Source: Hyphomicrobiaceae bacterium
Lineage (GTDB): Bacteria; Pseudomonadota; Alphaproteobacteria; Rhizobiales; Hyphomicrobiaceae
DNA: 26,419 nt
Assembly: GCA_051985875.1 (NCBI GenBank)
Contig: JBPYEF010000077.1
Coordinates: 1-26,419, forward strand
Direction of reading: 5' to 3'
The position numbers and the translations under genes were made by a program. Below, one piece after another: positions 8,111-17,204 of this stretch. The stretch's first letter is position 1. The number at the start of each line of letters is the position of its first letter. The notes under the pieces were generated by a model, which saw only the letters and a list, made by a program, of their open reading frames with translations, was not told the origin of the DNA and ran no database searches.

Positions 8111-9850
8111 ATGCACGTCAGGGAAAGGCCGCACTCGCCCGTCGCACCGGATTGCGCCGGCGGAGATTTCTATGCCGGCGATCGCGGCTTGCGGCAGTTG
8201 CTCGGGCTCTACTTGCCAGCGGCGGAGCGCGCAGCCGTGGAGCCGCATCTGCGCCGGCTCGGGGTGCTCGCCGGCGGTCGCCTCGATGCGCTCGCCCGGG
8301 TTGCCGACAGGAACGGACCAATCCTGCACGCGCGCGATGCGCTCGGGCGGGATGAGGACTGGATCGAATACCATCCCGCTTACCGAGAGATGGAGCACAT
8401 CGCCTTCGCCGACTTCCAACTGCACGCCATGAGCCACCGCGCCGGCGTTTTCGGCTGCGACCACCCGCTCCACCCCGTCGCCAAGTACGCCTTCCAATAT
8501 CTGTTCGTACAGGCCGAGTTCGGCCTGATGTGCCCAATCAGCGTGACGGACACGACCATCCACGTGCTCCGCAAGTACGCGAGCCCCCAGCTCAAGGAGT
8601 ACCTGTTGCCGCGCATGCTCTCGGCCGACCCGACGACATTGTGGAAGGGCACGCAGTTCATGACCGAGAAGAGCGGCGGCTCCGATATCGGGCTGATCGA
8701 GACGATCGCGCGCTGCGAGGGTGGCACTTGGCGCCTGCATGGTGAGAAGTGGTTTTGCTCGCACACGGACGCCGACGTCGCGCTGGTCCTCGCACGGCCG
8801 CAAGGCGCACCCGCCGGTACCCGGGGGCTCGCACTGTTTGCACTGCCGCGGCGGCTCGAGGATGGGACGCGCAACAGCTACCGCATCGTAAGACTCAAGG
8901 ACAAGCTCGGCACACGCTCGATGGCCTCGGGCGAAATCCGCCTGGAAGGAGCGGTCGCCTATCTGGTCGGCGTGCCGGAGCACGGTCTCAAGCAGATGCT
9001 GGAGCAGGTCAACCTGTCGCGCCTCTCCCATGCGGTGCGCGCCGCCGGCATGATGCGCCGGTGTCTCAACGAGGCGTTGTGCGTCGCCCGCCACCGTGTC
9101 GCCTTCTCCAAGCGCATCATTGCCCACCCGCTGCTGCGCCGCGAGCTGATCAAGCTCATGCTCCCGGCCGAGCAGGCGCTGTCGATGGTCATGGCGACGG
9201 CCGGGGCGATGGGCGAGGCCGATGCCGGCTCATCGCAGGCCGCCGAACTGATCCGCATCCTGACGCCGCTCGCCAAGTTCCGCGCCTGCCGCGACAACCT
9301 TGCCGTCGCCACCGGAGCGATGGAGGTGCGCGGCGGTAATGGCTATATCGAGGAGTGGGTCAATGCGCGGCTGGTGCGCGATGCCCAGATCGGCGTGCTG
9401 TGGGAGGGCACGAGCAACATCAATGCTCTCGACGTGATCGTTCGCGCCGTCGGCAAGCTCAAGGCACACCATGCGCTCGGCAGGTTTCTGCATGAACGGC
9501 TGCGGCAGGCGACAGCGCTGCCGCCACAGTTCGCGGGCCGCTTGCAGGCGAGCGTCGAGCGTGCGCTCACGCTCGCAGAGCGCGTCGCGGATGGCGACGA
9601 GCAGGCCGAGGCGCGGCGCGCCGCCTCCGCCCTGTACCACGCCGCGAGCGCGGTCCTGCTAGCCTGGGAAGGCACGCGCGGCGCGGACGGGGGCCGCGCC
9701 GTGGTGGCACGCTGCGTGCTCGAGCATCGCCTTTCGCCGAAGGATCCGCTGGGCCCGTGCGCTGGCGGCTGGGAAGCGCAGGCGATCGATCTGCTGCTCG
9801 GCGACGCCGAGGTGCCGCCGGCAAGCGCAACCGCGCTCCTGGCCGCGTGA
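8111..9850 (+). CDS. Acyl-CoA dehydrogenase family protein, AidB-like clade, about 579 aa
   Basis: 'CPISVTD', 'QFMTEKSGGSDIG', 'GEKWFCS', 'RLKDKLGTRSMASGEI', 'EVRGGNGYIEE' and 'WEGTSNINALD'. AGGAG RBS at 8101-8105 before the ATG at 8111. Confidence 0.9.
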   Translation: MHVRERPHSPVAPDCAGGDFYAGDRGLRQLLGLYLPAAERAAVEPHLRRLGVLAGGRLDALARVADRNGPILHARDALGRDEDWIEYHPAYREMEHIAFADFQLHAMSHRAGVFGCDHPLHPVAKYAFQYLFVQAEFGLMCPISVTDTTIHVLRKYASPQLKEYLLPRMLSADPTTLWKGTQFMTEKSGGSDIGLIETIARCEGGTWRLHGEKWFCSHTDADVALVLARPQGAPAGTRGLALFALPRRLEDGTRNSYRIVRLKDKLGTRSMASGEIRLEGAVAYLVGVPEHGLKQMLEQVNLSRLSHAVRAAGMMRRCLNEALCVARHRVAFSKRIIAHPLLRRELIKLMLPAEQALSMVMATAGAMGEADAGSSQAAELIRILTPLAKFRACRDNLAVATGAMEVRGGNGYIEEWVNARLVRDAQIGVLWEGTSNINALDVIVRAVGKLKAHHALGRFLHERLRQATALPPQFAGRLQASVERALTLAERVADGDEQAEARRAASALYHAASAVLLAWEGTRGADGGRAVVARCVLEHRLSPKDPLGPCAGGWEAQAIDLLLGDAEVPPASATALLAA

Positions 9851-9964
9851 GATGCCGCACACGAAACCCTTGACCGCGCGCGGCGAGCGGATTTGCGGCG
9901 AAAGCTCCGCCGCCGGATGCCGAGCAGCGCCGGGAGCAAGCGCGGCGCGCCTGTGCGCCGCGCG

Positions 9965-12262
9965 CTAGCGTGCGGCGGCCATCTGCTGCCTCGGGTGCAC
10001 GCTCGCAGCACCCAACGCCGCGAGCACCTTCGGCGGCGACATCGGCAGTTCGGTCAGGCGCAGCCCCACCGCGTTGCGAATGGCATTGGCAACCGCCGCC
10101 AACGCCGGCACGATGGGAACCTCGCCGACCCCGCGAATGCCGTGCGGATGCTTGTCGTTGGCCACCTCGATCATAATCGACTCGATCATCGGTAGATCGG
10201 AGGCGACGGGCATGCGGTAGTCGAGAAAGGCCGGATTGTCGAGCGCACCACTGGGGGTGAAGATGTACTCCTCGTTGAGCGCCCAACCGATGCCCTGGGC
10301 GACGCCGCCCTGGATCTGGCCTTCGACGTAGCTCGGATGAATGGCGCGGCCGACATCCTGGATTGCCGTATAGCGCAAGATCGTCACCTTGCCCGTCTCA
10401 GGATCGACCTCGACGTCACAGATGTGGGTTGCAAAGCCCGGTGCCGCTCCCTCCGTCGTGCTCGAGAAACGCGCGTTGATCGGCCCACCCGTTGCACCTG
10501 ACTGCGCGGCGATCTGCGCCAAGGTCAGCGGCGGAAATTCGCCGGCATTGGCACCGGCGGGCCGGGCCGTGCCGCCTTCCCACACCACCGCCTCGGCGTC
10601 GATCTTCCACGTCTTGGCGGCGCGTTCACGCAGGATCTTAATCACCTGATCGGTGGCATTGGCGACTACCATGCCGCCGGCGAACGTGGCCCGACTGCCT
10701 CCGGTCAGCGCCGAGAAGCCGACCGAGCTCGTGTCGCCGATCAGGGCCTGCACGTTGCGATAGTCGATGCCCAGCATCTCCGCGGCAATGTTGACCATCG
10801 AGGCGCGTGAGCCGCCGATGTCCGGGTGGCCGGTCACCACCACCACGGTGCCGTCCTCATTGATATTGACCTGGGCACTCGATTCACCACCGGCGTTGAA
10901 CCAGAACCCGCTGGCGACCCCGCGGCCCTGGTTCGGCCCGAGCGGCGTGTGATAATGGGGATGATCGAGCGCGGTGCGCAACGTCTCCTCATAACCGATG
11001 CGGCGGTAGGTCGGACCGTAGGCCGCCTTGGTTCCCTGTTTGGCCGCATTCTTGAGACGCAGCAGGAGCGGATCGATGTGCAGCGCCTTGGCCAGCTCAT
11101 CGAGGGTGCTTTCCATCGCGAAAGCGCCGATCGGCGCCCCCGGCGCACGGTAGGCGGCTACCTTCGGCCGGTTGGTCACGACGTCGAAGCCGGTGATGCG
11201 CACGTTGGCGACGTCATAGGGTGCAAGGGCACATCCGATCGCCCCGCGCACCGGTCCCCCCGGGAAGGCGCCGGCCTGCAGCCGATAGGTCGCGGCCACG
11301 CCGGTGATCTTGCCGTCCTTGGTCGCTCCGATCTTGACCGTGCTCGAGGAGCCGGAGGTCGGGCCGGTGGCACGAAACACCTCCTGGCGGGTCATGACCA
11401 TCTTCACGGGGCGCCCCGACTTGCGCGACAGAACGAGCGCCAGCGGCTCCAGGTAGACGATCGTCTTACCGCCGAAGCCACCGCCGATTTCCGCGGGAAT
11501 TGCGCGCATGTTGCTCAGCTTCATGCCCGTCAGCCTGGCGGTCATGTCGCGCACCATGAAGTGGCCCTGGCTGCTGCTCCAGATGGTCGTGCGGCCCTCC
11601 TTGCCGACACTGACCAGACAGGCGTGCGGCTCGATGTAGCCTTGATGCACGGGCCGCGTTCGAAAGCTCCTCTCGACGACCACGTCCGCAGCGGCAAGAC
11701 CCGCCTCGCAGTCGCCGAGCACGTGCTCGAGCTTGCCGGCAACGTTCGACGTCGTCGCCGGCCCGGGATTGCCGCCTTCCCGATGCATGTGTGCGTGCAG
11801 CACCGGCGCACCTGGCCGGATCGCCTCGTCGACATCGATCACCCAAGGCAGAACCTCATAGTCGACCTCGATCAGCGCGAGGGCGGCGGCAGCGATGCGC
11901 GCCGTCGTCGCGGCGACCGCGGCGACCGCGTGGCCGACGTAGAGCACCTTGTCGCGCGCCATCACGTTGCGGCTGATGTAGCGCAGATCCTGGATGCCGA
12001 GGATCGCCGGCTTGTCCCAGGGAAAGGTCACGAGATCGTCCCCGGTCATCACCGCCTTGACGCCGGGCAGTGCCGCCGCCTTCTCGGTGTTGATCGCGCG
12101 TATGCGGGCGTGCGGATGGGGGCTGCGCAGCACCTTGCCAACGAGCATGCCCGGCTGGGAAAAATCGGCGCCGAAGGTGGCGCGTCCGGTCACCTTGTCC
12201 TCACCATCGGGCCTGATGGTGCGCTTGCCGATCCACTTGTTCTGCGCATTGTCTGACGTCAT
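9965..12262 (-). CDS. Xanthine dehydrogenase/CO dehydrogenase family molybdopterin-binding (large) subunit, 765 aa
   Basis: 'IGKRTIRPDGEDKVTGRA', 'LRSPHPHARI', 'VHQGYIEP', 'IGGGFGGK', 'AYRAPG', 'GGSR', 'GQIQGGVAQGIG' and catalytic 'GVGE'. Start moved to the ATG at 12262. Confidence 0.95.
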   Translation of the reverse strand: MTSDNAQNKWIGKRTIRPDGEDKVTGRATFGADFSQPGMLVGKVLRSPHPHARIRAINTEKAAALPGVKAVMTGDDLVTFPWDKPAILGIQDLRYISRNVMARDKVLYVGHAVAAVAATTARIAAAALALIEVDYEVLPWVIDVDEAIRPGAPVLHAHMHREGGNPGPATTSNVAGKLEHVLGDCEAGLAAADVVVERSFRTRPVHQGYIEPHACLVSVGKEGRTTIWSSSQGHFMVRDMTARLTGMKLSNMRAIPAEIGGGFGGKTIVYLEPLALVLSRKSGRPVKMVMTRQEVFRATGPTSGSSSTVKIGATKDGKITGVAATYRLQAGAFPGGPVRGAIGCALAPYDVANVRITGFDVVTNRPKVAAYRAPGAPIGAFAMESTLDELAKALHIDPLLLRLKNAAKQGTKAAYGPTYRRIGYEETLRTALDHPHYHTPLGPNQGRGVASGFWFNAGGESSAQVNINEDGTVVVVTGHPDIGGSRASMVNIAAEMLGIDYRNVQALIGDTSSVGFSALTGGSRATFAGGMVVANATDQVIKILRERAAKTWKIDAEAVVWEGGTARPAGANAGEFPPLTLAQIAAQSGATGGPINARFSSTTEGAAPGFATHICDVEVDPETGKVTILRYTAIQDVGRAIHPSYVEGQIQGGVAQGIGWALNEEYIFTPSGALDNPAFLDYRMPVASDLPMIESIMIEVANDKHPHGIRGVGEVPIVPALAAVANAIRNAVGLRLTELPMSPPKVLAALGAASVHPRQQMAAAR

Positions 12263-12517
12263 CTGCTGTTCCCGTTGCCCTGGCCGCTGCCTGGCCGTTG
12301 CCCTGCTCGCCAACCGAGCGCGCCTCGGCGCGCGCTGCCTTAGCCATCGGGCTAGGGCGATGCGCTGCCTCTTGCGTGCACCGGCATGCCCGAGGGCGCC
12401 TCGGGCGGCGCGCCGGCCGCTCGACAATAAGCATTTTTCTCACGCCGCGCGCCTGCTGTCGACCCAAAGCGCGTGCCGTCACCGTCGCATTACGCGGACC
12501 TGTGCCGGTAAACCAGG

Positions 12518-13537
12518 CTAGAGGCGGTAGACCCGCACCGCCGTGTCGTGAAACAGGGCAGCCCGCTCCTTGGCCGAATAGCCGGCACTAAAGCGCTTGA
12601 ACGCATTCCACAGTACGCGATAGCTGCAGCTCAGCTTGTCGACCGGAAAATTCGATTCAAACATGCAGCGCTCGACCCCGAAGGACGCGATCGCATGCTC
12701 GAAATAGCGCCCGCTGGCAGCCACCAGCTCGGCGCTGCTCGGCGGGAGTGGGTGCCCATCCCAGCCAAAGCCGTTGACGTGCATGTTGAGGCCACCGAGC
12801 TTTACCACCACGTTGGCGCAGCGCGCGAGTTCGCTGATTTGCCCCTTCCAGTAGGCGAAGACCTCGTCCCGCTTGCCCGCGTACGGCCCGATGCCGACCG
12901 GACCGCCGCAGTGGTCGAGAACGATTGTGGTATCGGGAAAGGCCCTGGCCAGGCTGATCGCGTCGGGCAGCTGGGTGTGGGCGCACCACACCTCGAAACT
13001 GAGCGCGCGCGGGTGCAAGTGCTTGAACCCCGCACGAAAATCGTCCCGCAACAGCAGCCCCTCGGGAGGATTCGTGCGGTGGTTGGCGATCTCCGGGCTC
13101 GCATGCCAGAAGGCGCCCCGACGAATGCCGCGGAAGCGACCGTCGCCTGCGGCGATGTGCGCGTCGAGCACGGCGGCGGCGGCATCGCCGAGGGTCAGGT
13201 CGACGGTGCCGACAATGCCGGCCGCGACGCGCGCCCGCCCCGGGCCGGCGGCGCTCTTTGCGGCAATGGCGTTGACGAACTCCGTTTCGCCGAGGCAGCG
13301 AAACGCTTCCGGCCCGTGCTCGCGGAAATTCGCGCCGCATTCGATGAACACGGTCGAGACGATATTGTGCCCTTCCGCGATATCGTCCTCAAGCTCATCG
13401 AGGAGATAGCGCTCCTGCACCGCACCCGGGCGCTGCTCCCAGAGGTGATGGTGCGGATCGCAGATCGGAAGATCGGCCTCGAGCACCTCCTCCTGTCGCA
13501 AGCTAAGCCACGCGGCATTGTTGGATTGCCTGCCCAC
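12518..13537 (-). CDS. Amidohydrolase_2 family TIM-barrel protein (COG3618/lactonase-like), about 339 aa
   Basis: 'ICDPHHHLW', 'TVFIEC', 'FRGIR', 'IVLDHCGGP', 'NVVVKLGG' and 'RCMFESNFPVDK'. GTG start at 13537 preceded by GGAGG. Confidence 0.9.
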   Translation of the reverse strand: MGRQSNNAAWLSLRQEEVLEADLPICDPHHHLWEQRPGAVQERYLLDELEDDIAEGHNIVSTVFIECGANFREHGPEAFRCLGETEFVNAIAAKSAAGPGRARVAAGIVGTVDLTLGDAAAAVLDAHIAAGDGRFRGIRRGAFWHASPEIANHRTNPPEGLLLRDDFRAGFKHLHPRALSFEVWCAHTQLPDAISLARAFPDTTIVLDHCGGPVGIGPYAGKRDEVFAYWKGQISELARCANVVVKLGGLNMHVNGFGWDGHPLPPSSAELVAASGRYFEHAIASFGVERCMFESNFPVDKLSCSYRVLWNAFKRFSAGYSAKERAALFHDTAVRVYRL

Positions 13538-13583
13538 AAAACCCTCCACCCCCTTCGCGCCGGCCGCGGTGTGCGTTGCAGCC

Positions 13584-13651
13584 CCGAAGCCGTTGCGCCG
13601 CCGAACCCGTTGCGCCGCCGAACCCGTTGCGCCACCGAAGCCGTCGCACCA
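13584..13651. repeat. 17-bp tandem repeat, 4 copies (CCGAA[C/G]CCGTTGCGCC[G/A]) plus a degenerate partial copy
   Basis: Units are ccgaagccgttgcgccg (13584), ccgaacccgttgcgccg (13601), ccgaacccgttgcgcca (13618) and ccgaagccgtcgcacca (13635). They are directly adjacent with no spacers. Confidence 0.92.
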
Positions 13652-13792
13652 CCTGACCGCCCGCATCGGTCGGCAAGCATGATAGCGGGGCTTGGCGCCG
13701 CACGTAATAGCGCTGGCGCAGGCCGGCTGCGCACGCGGCGCACTGCGGCCGTGCGCGGGATCACCGGGCCGCGCCCTGCGCGATCGTGCGGC

Positions 13793-13824
13793 TTGACACC
13801 ACCAGGGCAGCCTGACCTTATACC
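13793..13824 (+). promoter_or_regulatory. Possible sigma-70-type promoter for the UbiD operon
   Basis: Perfect TTGACA at 13793-13798 and an AT-rich TTATAC at 13818-13823. The 19-bp spacing is longer than optimal. Confidence 0.25.
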
Positions 13825-13968
13825 TCTCCAGCGCTACCCAGGAATTGGCGATGGCCGTTCGGCCGAGGCGAACAAAATCGGGCCGCGGGCCAATGGTCGC
13901 GCATGCGATCGGCAGTGGGCAGCGCGCGACGTGAGACTGGTCCCCAACCCTGCCGGAAGGCACCGCCG

Positions 13969-15315
13969 TTGCCCGCTTCCCTGCGCGCGTTTGTCGACGA
14001 GCTCAAACGACAGGGCAGGCTCCTTGTCGTCGATCGCGAGGTCGATCCACGGTTCGAATTGAACGCGGTCGTGCGCAAGGTGCAAGCGGGGCCGAACCTG
14101 CCCCTGCTGTTTCGGCAGGTCAGGGGCTGCCGGTATCCGGTCGTCAGCAACGCGCTCGGCAACTACGCAATAATTGCCGACATCCTCGGCGTGAAGGTCG
14201 GTAGGGTCGCTGCCAGGTGGGCCGAGCTGACCGGTGGCCGGCAGGCTGCGAGCGAGGCCTTCCCGCCCGAGGACGTGGTGTATGAGGACGTTTCCCTGGA
14301 CGAGGTTCCGCATATCACGTTTGCCGAGAAGGATGCCGGTCCGTACCTGACGGCGAGCGTCATCGTTGCGCGCGACCCCGACAGCCAGGTCGTCAATCTC
14401 TCCTATCACCGCATGCAGATCGTCAGTGCCCGGGAGCTGCGCTGCCGCCTCAGCACCTCGGGCGACCTCTACCGCATCCAGCAGAAAATGGAGAGCCGCG
14501 GCCAGCCGTTGCCGGCCGTGGTGGCGATCGGCCTGCCGCCGGCGGTGATGCTCGCCGCGGCAGGGACGATCGGGCCCATGCACAGCGAATACGACTTCGC
14601 CGAGCGCATCGCCGGTAGATGCTTCCCGATGCGTTCAGCAGCCGCCGACCTGCCGGTACCCGCGAGCACCGAGTTCCTGATCGAGGGCGAAATCCTTCCC
14701 ACGACACGCGCCACCGAAGGCCCGTTCGGCGAATGGATGGACTACTACGTCCCCGCCATGGACAATCATGTGTTCTGCGTCAGGCGCGTGCGCGCCCGCA
14801 GGGGCGCGCTGTTCTATGCGATCAGCGCGGGATCGCGGGAAGAACTGGCAATGACCGCGGTGCCGATCGCCGGGTCGATCTTCGACAATGTGCGCACCTG
14901 GGTGCCGGGCGTCACGGACGTGACGTGCTTCCCCCTCCTGCAATTCTGCGCCATTCAGATCAAGAAGCTGTCCGAAGGCCAGCCGCAACGGGCCATGCTT
15001 GCGGCCTTCGGCGCGGAGATGAATCGCGTGCTCTATTGCGTGGTCGTGGACGAGGATGTCGACATCCACAATTGGGCCGACGTGCTTTGGGCGATGGCGA
15101 CCCGGTGCCGGCCGGACCGCGACCTCTGCCAAATCCCGGGCGTGCCGTCCTTTGCCCGCGACCCGCATCGCATGCATTGGGGACGGCTCGGCATTGATGC
15201 GACCAAGCCGCTCGAGCACGCCGACGAATTCGCGCGCAAGCAGACCCCCGGCCTCGACGCCTTGCGGCTCGAAGATTACATCCCCTCCCTGGCGCAGAAC
15301 TGGAGCACGCCGTGA
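13969..15315 (+). CDS. UbiD family prenylated-FMN-dependent (de)carboxylase, about 448 aa
   Basis: 'SLRAFVDELKRQGRL...EVDPRFEL', 'EKDAGPYLTA', 'NLSYHRMQ', 'EGPFGE', 'VVVDEDVDIHN..DVLWAMATRCRPDRD' and 'GRLGIDATKP'. TTG start at 13969 after GGAAGG. The ORF-track start is 13903. Confidence 0.93.
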   Translation: MPASLRAFVDELKRQGRLLVVDREVDPRFELNAVVRKVQAGPNLPLLFRQVRGCRYPVVSNALGNYAIIADILGVKVGRVAARWAELTGGRQAASEAFPPEDVVYEDVSLDEVPHITFAEKDAGPYLTASVIVARDPDSQVVNLSYHRMQIVSARELRCRLSTSGDLYRIQQKMESRGQPLPAVVAIGLPPAVMLAAAGTIGPMHSEYDFAERIAGRCFPMRSAAADLPVPASTEFLIEGEILPTTRATEGPFGEWMDYYVPAMDNHVFCVRRVRARRGALFYAISAGSREELAMTAVPIAGSIFDNVRTWVPGVTDVTCFPLLQFCAIQIKKLSEGQPQRAMLAAFGAEMNRVLYCVVVDEDVDIHNWADVLWAMATRCRPDRDLCQIPGVPSFARDPHRMHWGRLGIDATKPLEHADEFARKQTPGLDALRLEDYIPSLAQNWSTP

Positions 15316-16328
15316 GTAGGCAGCGATGGCAAGGATGGGCTTGCGGGCTCCTGGTCGGCGTGCTGCTCAGCGGCACGGCGACTGCCGAGGACCAGGTCAG
15401 CCTGGCACTGGACTGGATCGTCAATGGCACGCACGCCGGCTACTATGTGGCCCGCGACAAGGGTTTCTACCGCGACGCCGGCCTGGAGGTGGCGATTTCC
15501 CGAGGCTTCGGCTCCGGCGATACGGTCAAGCGTGTCGCCAACGGCAGCGCGACATTGGGGATCGCCGATGCCGGCGCGATCATCGCCGCGCGTGCCAACG
15601 ACGATATTCCCGTGCGCATTGTGGCGATGGTCTACGACCGGTCGAGCCTCGGGCTGATCTACCTGAAGCAATCGGGCATCAAGGCGCCCAAGGATCTGGA
15701 AGGGCGCGCCATTGCGCGAACGGCGTCCGGGGCGTCGGTCAATATGTTCCCGGGGTTCCTGAAGGCCAACGCCATCGACCGCACGAAGATACGCGAGGTC
15801 GTCGTCGACGGCGCCTTGTATCTGCCGATGCTGATGTCCGGCCAGGTTGACGCGGTGCTGGAGCAGGCGATCAACATCGGCAGGTTCAAAGAGGCGGCGG
15901 GGCAGCAGGGCAAGCAAGCCGTGGCCATGCGCTATTCCGACTTCGGCCTCGAAAGCTATGGCAACGCCATCATCGCCTCCGTCGCTACCGTGCGCGACAA
16001 GGGCGACCTCCTCAGGCGCTTCACCGCAGCCTCGTTGCGCGGCATCGCCTATGCGCTGGATCATCCCGAGGAAGCCGTAGAGCTGCTGCGCAAATCCAAC
16101 CCGGAAGTCGAGGCGAAGGGCGCGTTGGACGAACTCGCCGCGCTCAAGGAGACCGACACGACGCCCGAGACGGCCAAGTACGGGCTCGGTCACGTCGACA
16201 ATGCGCGGCTGGCGGCGACGGTCGACACGGTGACCGCGGCGCTGTCGTTGAAGCGCACCCTCGGCGTCGATCAGCTTTATGCCGAGGGCTTCCTTCCCAG
16301 CGATCGCATTTCCTTTGGCGGCAAATGA
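15312..16328 (+). CDS. ABC transporter substrate-binding protein, SsuA/THI5(NMT1)-like, 338 aa
   Basis: Signal peptide, 'LALDWIVNGTHAGYYVARDKGFYRDAGLEV', 'GIKAPKDLEGR' and 'YGNAIIA'. GTGA overlap with the UbiD stop. Confidence 0.92.
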   Translation: MSRQRWQGWACGLLVGVLLSGTATAEDQVSLALDWIVNGTHAGYYVARDKGFYRDAGLEVAISRGFGSGDTVKRVANGSATLGIADAGAIIAARANDDIPVRIVAMVYDRSSLGLIYLKQSGIKAPKDLEGRAIARTASGASVNMFPGFLKANAIDRTKIREVVVDGALYLPMLMSGQVDAVLEQAINIGRFKEAAGQQGKQAVAMRYSDFGLESYGNAIIASVATVRDKGDLLRRFTAASLRGIAYALDHPEEAVELLRKSNPEVEAKGALDELAALKETDTTPETAKYGLGHVDNARLAATVDTVTAALSLKRTLGVDQLYAEGFLPSDRISFGGK

Positions 16329-16340
16329 GCAACCGCGACT

Positions 16341-16382
16341 CCGGCCGGCGGTTTCTCTAGCAGGAATAAACCGCCGCGCCGG
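16341..16382 (+). other. Intergenic stem-loop between the SBP and ATPase genes
   Basis: CCGGC-CGGCGGTTT (16341-16354) pairs with AAACCGCCG-C-GCCGG (16368-16382). This gives a 14-bp stem with one bulge and a 13-nt loop, with no U-tract. Confidence 0.7.
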
Positions 16383-16400
16383 CAGGCGAGCGCATCCGCA

Positions 16401-17204
16401 ATGCCCGATGTGATCACGCCCGACCCGGCACGGCCGCTGCTGTCCCTTGCGGGCATAGGCAAGATCTACGAACCGCGCTCGGGGCCGCGGGTGACGGCCC
16501 TGTGCGACATCGCGCTCGACATCCGTCGCAACGAGTTCGTCACGCTCGTTGGACCGAGCGGCTGTGGCAAGAGCACACTGCTGAAGCTGATCGGCGGCAT
16601 CGAGTCGCCCTCGCAGGGAGACATCGTGTTCGATGGCCGCCGGCTGACCGAGCCCTCGCCCAAGGCCGGGCTGGTATTCCAGCGTCCAATCCTGCTGCCG
16701 TGGCGCAACGTGCTCGGCAACGTGCTGTTTCCCATCGAAATGCTCGGCTGGCCAGCGCGCAATTTTCGCGATGAGGCGCTGCGCCTCATCGAGCTCGTCG
16801 GACTGAAGGGCTTCGAGGGGTCGCTGCCGCACGAATTGTCGGGCGGCATGCAGCAACGCGTCTCCATCTGCAGGGCCCTGATTTACGACCCGCAACTGCT
16901 GTTGATGGATGAACCGTTCGGAGCGCTCGACGCCATGACGCGCGAGGAGCTGAGCGTCGAGCTGCTGCGCATCTGGACCGAACGCAGGAAAACCATCGTC
17001 TTTGTGACGCACAGCATCAGCGAGGCCGTGCTGCTCGGCGATCGCGTGATCGTCATGGCCGCACGGCCCGGCCGGATTGTGGAGGACCTGCCGGTCGACA
17101 TCCCGCGGCCGCGCAATCTGGAGACGGAGGGCACGCCCGCGTTTACCGCCCTCGTTCGCACGGTGCGCGCGGCAATCTATGCGAGCAAGAGGGTGTCCAC
17201 ATGA
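16401..17204 (+). CDS. NitT/TauT family ABC transporter ATP-binding protein, 267 aa
   Basis: GPSGCGKS, 'VFQRPILLPWRNVLGNV', LSGGMQQR, LLLMDEPFGALDAMTR, FVTHS. Confidence 0.95.
   Translation: MPDVITPDPARPLLSLAGIGKIYEPRSGPRVTALCDIALDIRRNEFVTLVGPSGCGKSTLLKLIGGIESPSQGDIVFDGRRLTEPSPKAGLVFQRPILLPWRNVLGNVLFPIEMLGWPARNFRDEALRLIELVGLKGFEGSLPHELSGGMQQRVSICRALIYDPQLLLMDEPFGALDAMTREELSVELLRIWTERRKTIVFVTHSISEAVLLGDRVIVMAARPGRIVEDLPVDIPRPRNLETEGTPAFTALVRTVRAAIYASKRVST

Noticed and set aside
13584-13651. Possible CRISPR array or iteron origin for the 17-bp or 11-bp (6747-6795) repeats
   Set aside because: The units are contiguous with no unique spacers, and the window has no cas, rep or par genes and no adjacent extended AT-rich origin.
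12518-13963. Extended 481-aa amidohydrolase reading through the 17-bp repeat (possible phase variation)
   Set aside because: The extension has no protein-like character and overlaps the UbiD 5' region. A good RBS and GTG sit at 13537, where the family motif region begins.
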